This document shows positions 28,614 to 36,700 of a DNA stretch of 64,000 nucleotides, in pieces. The stretch spans positions 896,001 to 960,000 of the forward strand of contig JBJMOW010000005.1 in assembly GCA_045803545.1 (NCBI GenBank), in the 5' to 3' direction. Each line of letters begins with the position of its first letter. Position 1 is the first letter of the stretch. The position numbers and the translations under genes are program-made. Below the pieces are notes generated by a model. The model did no database searches. It saw only the letters and a program-made list of their open reading frames with translations, and had not been told where the DNA came from. This DNA comes from Gemmatimonadaceae bacterium. Lineage in GTDB: Bacteria > Gemmatimonadota > Gemmatimonadetes > Gemmatimonadales > Gemmatimonadaceae.

Positions 28614-29362
28614 TGACACAACCGACTTCCTCCTGGCAGCCGTCACACAACGGAGACGCGGCGCCCAGCCGCAACATTCTGATCGTCGAAGACAACGAGA
28701 CGCTGGCGTTTGGTCTGCGCACCAGCCTCGAGGTTGAAGGCTACGAGGTTGAATGCGTGAGCGATGGCAACGTCGGCCTGGAGTGGCTGACCGATCACAC
28801 GCCGGATCTGATCGTCCTCGACCTGATGCTGCCCGGTCTCAACGGCTTCGAGGTGCTCCGTCGCTATCGCTCCAACGGCGGCAATGCCGCCGTGCTCATT
28901 CTCTCTGCGCGTGATCAGGAAGTCGACAAGGTGCAGGGATTCCGGATTGGCGCCGACGACTACGTGGTCAAGCCGGTCGGCGTGCTCGAGTTCCTGGCGC
29001 GCGTGGAAGCGTTGATGCGCCGGGTGAGCACGCCCGCGCGTGGGGGAGATGCGGGCCGAGGTGCGCTGCATCGCTTCTCCGACGTCGTCGTCGATTTACG
29101 CACGCGCACGGTCACGCGTAGCGGAAAGCAGGTCGATCTGAGCCCGATGGAGTTCGATTTTCTGGCGTACCTGATCGAGTCTGGTGGCGACATCGTTTCG
29201 CGCGACACGCTGATGCAGCGCGTCTGGCGCTACACCACCGGCGTCACTTCACGCACGGTCGATCAACACGTTGCTCGGCTGCGCAACAAGCTCGAGCCGG
29301 ATCCTGCGCAGCCTCGCCATCTCATTACTGTGCGCAAGGCTGGCTATCGCTTTCAGCTGTAA
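28613..29362 (+). CDS. OmpR/PhoB-family response regulator
   Basis: LIVEDN, LDLMLPG, GADDYVVKP, SRTVDQHVARLRNKLE, TVRKAGYRF. Confidence 0.95.
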   Translation: MTQPTSSWQPSHNGDAAPSRNILIVEDNETLAFGLRTSLEVEGYEVECVSDGNVGLEWLTDHTPDLIVLDLMLPGLNGFEVLRRYRSNGGNAAVLILSARDQEVDKVQGFRIGADDYVVKPVGVLEFLARVEALMRRVSTPARGGDAGRGALHRFSDVVVDLRTRTVTRSGKQVDLSPMEFDFLAYLIESGGDIVSRDTLMQRVWRYTTGVTSRTVDQHVARLRNKLEPDPAQPRHLITVRKAGYRFQL

Positions 29363-29386
29363 AGCGTCGCCGTTCTGCGCCGCTGG

Positions 29387-29938
29387 TCACGCCCGCCGGT
29401 GATAATAGAAGTCGTACTCGGTCCTCCACGTTTTTCCGCCGTCACTAGATAACTCCGAGTGCTGGCGAACGGTGTCCTTGTCGACCGGCGTGAAGGTCAG
29501 TCTGATTGTCGTCTGCGTTGAACCGGCCGGCTTCCAGAAAAAGACCAGGCTCTCACCGTCGCTCTGACTCTCACGGTACTCGTGGACATCTCCGTCGGAG
29601 CCAATCCAGAATTGCTGCCATTGCTTAAGACGGGGACTGTAGGAATTGAGACTCTTTCCAGTTCCACCCTTGGCGCCGGTCCAATTCTCCAGCACCGCGC
29701 ACCCGTTACTGGTGCTTTCGATGACACTGTCGCCGACATGGGTGCCGTCTTCGGTTTTGACATCCCACGCGCCGATCCAGAAGTCAAAGCGATGACGTTC
29801 AGGATCGTCCGCGCACGAATAGGGTGCGGCGGTCGAGTTAACCGCCTGACTGGCCGAGCTGGAGCTCGCCTGCGCAAAGGTTCCTTGGCCACCGAGCAGC
29901 GCAAACGCCGCGAATGTGAGTCTGATCGTTAATCTCAT
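29387..29938 (-). CDS. Secreted hypothetical protein (DUF1579-like beta fold)
   Basis: Signal peptide; FDFWIGAWDV ... SSDGGKTW; AGGAG upstream of ATG 29938. Confidence 0.75.
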   Translation of the reverse strand: MRLTIRLTFAAFALLGGQGTFAQASSSSASQAVNSTAAPYSCADDPERHRFDFWIGAWDVKTEDGTHVGDSVIESTSNGCAVLENWTGAKGGTGKSLNSYSPRLKQWQQFWIGSDGDVHEYRESQSDGESLVFFWKPAGSTQTTIRLTFTPVDKDTVRQHSELSSDGGKTWRTEYDFYYHRRA

Positions 29939-29970
29939 GAGTCGGTTTCTCTCTCCTGTGTCACCTGAAG

Positions 29971-30047
29971 TCCGCCGAGCAAAGCGAAGAAACGCTCGGG
30001 TTGATTGGGGTACTCTTAGACATCGGCACATCGCTTTGCTCGGCGGA
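29971..30047 (-). ncRNA. Candidate guide RNA: perfect 17-bp stem enclosing a 36-nt TIGR-like unit
   Basis: TCCGCCGAGCAAAGCGA (29971-29987) pairs with TCGCTTTGCTCGGCGGA (30031-30047); the 43-nt loop on the minus strand holds TGCCG-atgtctaag-AGTACCCCA-atcaacccg-AGCG; starts 22 nt after the stop of the Nop/IS110-like gene. Confidence 0.5.
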
Positions 30048-30069
30048 TATCCGAATTAGTGCAGGGTGG

Positions 30070-30945
30070 TTAGGCGGTAATCCTCGGGTGATACGGGCGC
30101 ACGATCGGCAGGTTCAAAGACTTTCGCCACGCAATCCATAGGTTGCGGAGGAAAGCCTTCTCCATTTTTCGGAGCGCGGCGAGATGACTGCGCTTGGCGG
30201 TCCAGCCCTCCCTTTCGGTCGCCAGCCTCTCACGCTCGGCGTCGTAGTAGGTTCGGTAATCGCTTCCGCAGCGCAGCATCGAGACGCCAATCAGATAGCA
30301 TGACTTCCGAGCATGCGCATCGTAGCTGTTGCGACCACCGACTACGCTGCGGCGGGGCGCCACGCGCGTCGTATCGTCGTTAATCAGCTGCAGATGGCCG
30401 CTGCACAGACGCGAGCCGGCGCGGGTGAAGTGCGTGTCACCCAGCTTGTAGCCCGCCGGCATTCCGACCTCGAGCTTGCAGCGCGGGCACTGATAAGCGT
30501 TGCCGGGGATGGTCGCGAGGCCACAGTACGCCCAGAACGCGGACGGCGTTTTTGCGCGAGTGACATCGAGCCGGGATAGAAGTCGCGCGGCAAGCAGCTC
30601 GCCGACTCCACGTTGCTCCGACATCCATTGCCACGCCGGATGAGAGTCGATCGATGAGCGCAGCGCCACTGCGGCATCGTTCTCGTCTTCGCTCGCGCGC
30701 CAATACGCTTTCTCCAGAACTCGTGGTGCGCCGGCAGTTTCTCCGCGCGCGATGACCTTCAGCAGCGAGTCAGCATCACCCGCGATGCTGCCAACTCCAT
30801 CGAACGAGCGACCCTGAAAGAGCGCCCGCAGACGCTCGCCATGGGCGATGCGCGAGCGCTGCGCATCCTCGTAGAGCTGATATAGCAATCGGAGGTCGTG
30901 CGCGGCCTCGTTCGAGTCGGACAAGCGCTGAAGTGATGTCGCCAT
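30070..30945 (-). CDS. Nop/IS110-Tnp-domain protein lacking the DEDD/RuvC domain (TasA-like), with a zinc-ribbon-like insert
   Basis: Coiled coil LRLLYQLYEDAQRSRIAHGERLRA, HhH-like HPAWQWMSEQRGVGELLAARLL, SAFWAYCGL, YRTYYDAERERL, ALRKMEKAFLRNLW; no N-terminal GxD-type nuclease domain; CPRC-x15-H-x8-C-x2-H insert. Confidence 0.75.
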   Translation of the reverse strand: MATSLQRLSDSNEAAHDLRLLYQLYEDAQRSRIAHGERLRALFQGRSFDGVGSIAGDADSLLKVIARGETAGAPRVLEKAYWRASEDENDAAVALRSSIDSHPAWQWMSEQRGVGELLAARLLSRLDVTRAKTPSAFWAYCGLATIPGNAYQCPRCKLEVGMPAGYKLGDTHFTRAGSRLCSGHLQLINDDTTRVAPRRSVVGGRNSYDAHARKSCYLIGVSMLRCGSDYRTYYDAERERLATEREGWTAKRSHLAALRKMEKAFLRNLWIAWRKSLNLPIVRPYHPRITA

Positions 30946-31031
30946 GCTGATGATTTGGTGTTGGTCCAGGCAACGCTACAGCGCGGCACGCACTCACAGT
31001 GTTTACGTCCAGTAAAGTTTTGGCAGCGGTG

Positions 31032-32024
31032 TTATTGCTGAGGGCAAGCGTCGAATCGCTCCACCAGAGTGCTGCCACTCGCTGAGTGACTCATTCCGAC
31101 AACCGGGTTTCCGCCAACCAGCCAGACCGCGCCGCGAAAGACAACTGCGCGCGCGTAATTCCGTGGCGTGCGCAGCGGTGCAGCGTGCTCCCATTGGTTC
31201 GTTGCTGGATTGAGCCGCAGCACTTCGTCGAGCGTGGATTTGTGCGCCTGTGATTCTCCACCGAAGACGTAGATGGCCCCGCAGTAGAGCGCAGCGCCAG
31301 CAGTGCCGCGGGGCTCGATTGGTGGACCAGCCGTCCAGAAGTCGCTTTGGGGGTGGTAGATCTCGACATCGCCGAAATCTCCCGGACCACTTCGACCACC
31401 GATCGAGTAGAGCTTGCCGTTGTAGGCGAGGGCCGACGGACTCCCTTTCGATCGTGACAATGGCGCCCGCTCCGTCCAGCGATTCGTGGCGGGATCGTAC
31501 TCCGAATGGTTGGCGAGAGTCGATCGTGAATTCCCCCCACCGATGACGTGAATCCTTCCATCGAGTACTGCCGCGGCGTGACCGCCACGTGGCTCTGCCA
31601 ATGGAGCGGCGGTACTCCAGCTGTGGGTGTCGACGTCGTAGACGAGGACGTCGGAGCTGGGAACGTTGGTCGTGGTCTTGAATCCGCCGATGATGTAGAT
31701 GCGTCGACCAATCACCGTCGCCGTCGGGGCGTTGAGTCCTTCGCCTGGCAGCCTGGTTTCATCTCGCCATTGAGTGCCGTCAAAGCGCTCGACTTCCAGC
31801 ACCGGCTGGCCGCCGGCGCCGGTGCCGCCAATCGCGTAGATCGCGTCGCCGGTGCTGACAACCGCGTGCGCCGAGCGGGCGTGAATCAACGAAGGGGCGT
31901 CGTACCACTCGCCGGTGGAGCGATTCGCCGAGAGACTCGCGCATCCGCAAAGCGTTGCCGCAACCGAAAACCTCGCGCACGCGCTCAGAGTTACCGCGAG
32001 CGAGGTCAGAAATCGTGTCGTCAT
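31032..32024 (-). CDS. Kelch-repeat beta-propeller protein, secreted
   Basis: Six repeats such as IYAIGG...W, IYIIGG, IHVIGG, LYSIGG, IYVFGG, VWLVGG. Confidence 0.92.
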   Translation of the reverse strand: MTTRFLTSLAVTLSACARFSVAATLCGCASLSANRSTGEWYDAPSLIHARSAHAVVSTGDAIYAIGGTGAGGQPVLEVERFDGTQWRDETRLPGEGLNAPTATVIGRRIYIIGGFKTTTNVPSSDVLVYDVDTHSWSTAAPLAEPRGGHAAAVLDGRIHVIGGGNSRSTLANHSEYDPATNRWTERAPLSRSKGSPSALAYNGKLYSIGGRSGPGDFGDVEIYHPQSDFWTAGPPIEPRGTAGAALYCGAIYVFGGESQAHKSTLDEVLRLNPATNQWEHAAPLRTPRNYARAVVFRGAVWLVGGNPVVGMSHSASGSTLVERFDACPQQ

Positions 32025-32075
32025 TCCGTCATGCTAAACGGCAGAGCATCTGCCGGTTGTCAACGTCCGGTAAAA

Positions 32076-32495
32076 TCAGACGATGCGCATGTAGCGACAC
32101 GAGTTGAATAACACCAGCGTCGTGATCGCGAGCGCGACGAGCGCCGAACCGAGCAGAACGAGCAGGTAACCAATCTGGGACGGAATGCGCTGGCGTGGTG
32201 ACGCATCGATTCCGAAGAATGCGGCCGCCTGTCCGCGCGCCACGGCGAGCCCGGTGTTGATTGCGCTCCATCCGGTGGCGGCAACGATCGCGACCAGAAC
32301 CCCCGCCTCGAACCAGAGGTAAAGCCGCAGGCCCCGCATGCGCCAGTGCGAAACGATGAATCGGTCGGCGGCTGAGAATCCGCTCAGATCCATCGCCAGC
32401 GAGCCGCCAATCACCGCGATGGCGATGAAGGCCGCCATCCAGACGAGCAGCGTGCCCAAGCGGTTCTTGCCGAGTGGTGTAGCGAAAGTGCTCAT
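32076..32495 (-). CDS. Hypothetical membrane protein (3 TM)
   Basis: Three hydrophobic helices; fills the gap co-directionally. Confidence 0.65.
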   Translation of the reverse strand: MSTFATPLGKNRLGTLLVWMAAFIAIAVIGGSLAMDLSGFSAADRFIVSHWRMRGLRLYLWFEAGVLVAIVAATGWSAINTGLAVARGQAAAFFGIDASPRQRIPSQIGYLLVLLGSALVALAITTLVLFNSCRYMRIV

Positions 32496-32559
32496 GTCTC
32501 AAGGGTGACGAGCCCGCCACCCGCGTGCAACGTAAACTTTCCTCTGCTACATGCGTCCG

Positions 32560-33693
32560 CTAAGGCTCTACTCGCAGGTCCCTGGAATCAGGGAAGCGTC
32601 CCGCGATCGCCCAGCCACCGAAGCGGTCAGTGACGACTATGGAGATTTCGTTTTGCCCCGCTCGCAGCGGCAGGAATACCGAGGCCTGGTCGAGCGATAT
32701 CAGCCCGTCCCGTCTCCGCTCAAAGTCGTACGAATCATCGCGGTAAAAGATCGGGCTGCCGTTAAGAAACACTGTGACGCGGTCGCTGAAGCCGAGATCG
32801 AGTCTGCGCATGCCGGCGCTTGCGGCGCTGACCCGAATGCGGGCGACCGCTCCGACATAACGCGCCACCTTCGGCATCGGCAGTTGCCGATGTAGCTCCA
32901 CGAAGCCGTCTGGCTCGATCGGCAGAACCTGGACAGGCTTTACCCATTCCGGAGCGATTGATGTGATGGCGCTCTCCGGCGCCGCGAACGCGGGTCCGAC
33001 TTCCCATTTGCTGATTATGCCAGCCGGGACGGTCGGCGCTGCGGGTGCATTTGCGAAATCGTAAGCGATGACACCAGGCTGCACCCGCAAATTCGCGTAT
33101 CTGACGGCCGGTCCGTTGCCGGGTGTCCCTTGCGGGATAAATGAGCTAAGCGTGATGTAGCCGGCTTGCGGATCGCGTGCGAGGTGGGCAATCACCATCA
33201 TCGGCTTTAGAGTATCGCCGAGGAAAAACGCAGCGCGCCGGCCGGCGAGAACGATGCGCAGATGCTGCCAGGCATCTGGCACGATGTCGGGAGCGGCCGT
33301 ACCGCGCGGCCCCCAGTAGAGTTGCCACGCACTCTGGCCCTGATACGTCGGCGCGTACTGCACCGCGTCGGGCAGTCCGGCTTTATGCGGGCGCAGATAG
33401 AATTCTTCCTGTTCCCCTTCGTTCTGTACGCGAAAATTCAGATACACGAACGAGCGCCGACGTGAAGTCATGACGTCGACGTCGATGGTACCGTCTTCGA
33501 GCTTCATGTCGCGTCGCTCGGCGGCTCCGTTCTCGATCGTCAGAACCTGTCGGCCATCGAAAGACTCGACGCGCGCGTCACCGCTCAACTTCCATTGCGG
33601 ATCCGAGAAGGATATCTGCTGCGCGGCGACGCTAAACGCGGACAACGACAACGTCATCGCGGTTAGCGCGAGGCGCATATTCAATACGTACAT
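32560..33693 (-). CDS. Secreted hypothetical protein (N-terminal DUF1080/lectin-like beta-sandwich, C-terminal sugar-binding-like domain)
   Basis: Signal peptide MRLALTAMTLSLSAFSVAAQ; EEFYLRPH, WQHLRIV, LGFSDRVTVFLNG, LRAGQNEI; start uncertain. Confidence 0.7.
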   Translation of the reverse strand: MYVLNMRLALTAMTLSLSAFSVAAQQISFSDPQWKLSGDARVESFDGRQVLTIENGAAERRDMKLEDGTIDVDVMTSRRRSFVYLNFRVQNEGEQEEFYLRPHKAGLPDAVQYAPTYQGQSAWQLYWGPRGTAAPDIVPDAWQHLRIVLAGRRAAFFLGDTLKPMMVIAHLARDPQAGYITLSSFIPQGTPGNGPAVRYANLRVQPGVIAYDFANAPAAPTVPAGIISKWEVGPAFAAPESAITSIAPEWVKPVQVLPIEPDGFVELHRQLPMPKVARYVGAVARIRVSAASAGMRRLDLGFSDRVTVFLNGSPIFYRDDSYDFERRRDGLISLDQASVFLPLRAGQNEISIVVTDRFGGWAIAGRFPDSRDLRVEP

Positions 33694-33786
33694 GGAAAAG
33701 TCCTGGTGACGGATCGCAGACAATACCCGCCGAATTGGACAGCGGCCACAACTTGACTGGTTGCTTACAAGCTTGCTACCGGTTGT

Positions 33787-36700
33787 CTACGGCTGGGCGG
33801 GACGAGGCTTATCTGCGAAAGTGATCGGATGGCCGAACGACCACTGACTGTGCTCACGGTCCTTCTTTGTCGTTGCGATCATACTCTTGACCATCGGCAT
33901 CAGCTCGAGCTGCGCCGGAGTGAGTATCAGCGCAACCGTGTCTGGCTGCACCCAGAACACTTTCCAATACAGCTTGTCGGTGGCTTTCGCGGTGTCCAGC
34001 TCCGCCTTCCCCGCCGCGCCGGCACCCCGCGCCAGATAATCGCCAAGCGGGCGAAATAGCGCGCGCACCTGCACGGAGAAAGCTGAATCCGCTCGACTCA
34101 GCGCAGTCACCTGCGTTCGCGTCAGGAACAGCGAGTCGGTCTGCTCGAGAATGAGTTTGTAGACGTCCGATGTGTTCGACAGGTAGAACGCCGACAGTGA
34201 ATCAGCGGAGCGACGTTGCCAACCAAGCGAGCTCTTCACGGGCTCAACGGCGCGCCGCAATTGCTGGAGATCGAAATCGGTCGACAGCGACAGACGGAAG
34301 TCGATAACGATGCGGAACGGGGTCCGTAACAGGCTGTGCCCGGGCCGGGTATCAGCAAAGCGCGGATTGACATCGTAATTGAAGCGGCCGTTTGCCACGT
34401 CGAAGCTTCGCGGCGTGAGCAGAACCGGATTTGGCGATGCGGGTGAGCCCCACCCGCGCAAGTTGTCACCGTGGAAGGCCTGATCCAGACCGGCGAGCAC
34501 GTTCTGGAAATAGACCGAAGGCGTCACGCGGTTTCGCCACTTTCCGGGAATGGGCGGAGTCCACTGGATGTTGAGCGATTGGGTCCACGGGCCGCGACAG
34601 CTATTCCGCGGCACCACTCTCCCGAGATTCTCCCGAACACAATCGCGCGCCGACGACGAACCGCTGTTTAGCAGTGCGCGCAACTGATTGCCCAGCTCAG
34701 TATCGGATGTGGAGGCCGGATCCGGAATGAATGCGCGATCTCCGCTGCGGCCGTCTCCATTCACATCGCCCTGGACAATCGGCGTAAACGGCAATCCTGA
34801 CTGAGCACGGCCGAAGAGTGTGACGGTGCCAGTCTTGTCGGTCGAAAACGCCGTCGTCAAAACGAAGATGTGACGCGCATCGCTCGAGCTCGGCGCCCAT
34901 TCGCGCAATCGCGGATCGCCGAAGGCCGCGCCATCAAATCCGCGATACTGACGCTTGCTCGACTGCAGCGTATAAGCGAGTGAGCCGAAGAATGAGGCGC
35001 CGCCACGGAATTTGAATACGTCGGGAGCTATCGCGAGGTTCAGCTGCCCACCGTAACCACGCAGATCGCTTACGCGCACGCCAACGCTTCCGTATTGGTT
35101 TGATCGGCGTGATTCAACCGGCGAGACTGCTCCGCTGTTGGCGTCGATCGACGATGCTGATACGAACACCGGGCGGCCGGCCTCATCCGCCAGGCTCATG
35201 CGCGGAACGCCGTTGAAGTTCGCGTCGAACAAACCGGGCTGCGACAGGTCATATGACGCGAGCGTACCGACTCGATACAGAACTCCGTGCATGCTTGTGT
35301 TCCAGTCGAGCGACGCGCGCCAGCTGCGGGGCACGTCGTACGACGGATCGATCAGCGTTGCGGCGGGAGTCAGATCCGAGAGGGTGCCGTTGCCGCTTAC
35401 ACACTGCGACGGAATCGCTGACATATCCGCCGCGAACTGCGCCCAGTCAGGCTGCGGCACCGCGGCGCCGACGCAGTTCAGGAATGTGCTCCCATTGTTC
35501 AACCCGGTTGCCGCTGACGCATCGGCGAGAATGCCGGGCCGCAACAGATCGCGGAATTCGCCGATACCGCCGCGCAATGTGCCGGACATGTATCTGTAGT
35601 AACGGCCAGTCTGGTTCTGCATGGTGCCCTGGCCGTTATCCTTGTCGCGATTGTAGGTGAACGTGAACCCAACGCGCGGACTCACGTGAACGCGTGACGG
35701 CGCGGCGCCGGTGCGCACGCCGAGCGCTTGCTCGAGTGCGGTGTTTCGCGGTGGTGCAGTCCCGAAGCCATCGGCTTCGACGCGGGCACCGTATTGAACG
35801 TTGAAATAGCGAGTCGCGCCGAAGGTGTGTGCGAGCGCAGTCGCAGCGTTCCACACCGTACCTTCACGAGGCGGCGCCGTAAGCGTACGCGAAAACGTGC
35901 TCGCGTTTCCGGCGATAAAGTCGTCGATCGAGTTGAAGGTGTAATTGCCCAACGCGTTTCCAAAACCCTCCTCGCGCAGGCCATCAACGCGGCCCCATAG
36001 CAATCCGCGGAAACGATGGGTTCGACCGTGCGCATTCCACGCAGTGAGATTTCCAGCCTCGAGCGTCCAGCGGTTTTCTGTGGTTGGCAACGAGCCGCCG
36101 CCAAGAGTGAGGGATGTGACGTCGGTTCCATCGCCAAGGTTGTCGGATCGCACGAGCACGGTTGCGCCGGGCAACGTCTGATATGGCGAGGTCGTCGTTC
36201 TCACGCCGCTCAGCGCGAGACGAGTCTCGTTGAGAGTCCGATGTCCCGCGCCCATATACGCCCCAAAGGTCAGTTGTGCACCGAGGTTCCGCTCCCGTAT
36301 CTCGCTGGCAGTCGATGGCGCCGCGAGAGGGCCGAATCCCACCGCGCCGTCGCGAGTAAATCCGGCGTAGGTTGTGAGCGCGCGGGTCTGCAGAGAGTCA
36401 CGCGTGTCGTCGAAACGTCCGAGCCATGTGATCGCATCATGCACCCGACTACGCGGTACGTTGCTCCCGCCCACAGGAAGGCCGAGCGGTGTCGCGAATG
36501 CCAGCAGTCTCGACACGGAATCCGGCTCCACGCCGGCATTGAGCAATGCCTGGTCATCCGCGTTCAATAGCGTCGACGGATCGCTCAGCGATTTTGCGAC
36601 GTCGACAGCCACGTTGTATGTCATCGCCTGCCGTATCAGCTCACCGTTGGCGCCAAAGCTGCCTCTCGCTCCCCCACTCGGCGCGCCAAGCGCACGGCCA

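Noticed and set aside
29971..30047. Simple intrinsic terminator
   Set aside because: The 43-nt loop and lack of a U-tract on either strand do not fit
30070..30945. Active IS110/IS1111 insertion sequence
   Set aside because: No DEDD/RuvC domain, no recognisable catalytic-Ser loop and no sub-terminal inverted repeats around the gene, so it is not called a mobile element
31021..31077. 7-bp stem (TGGCAGC/GCTGCCA) that also encloses 43 nt
   Set aside because: Lies mostly inside the kelch CDS, the stem is short and the loop does not resemble the downstream unit
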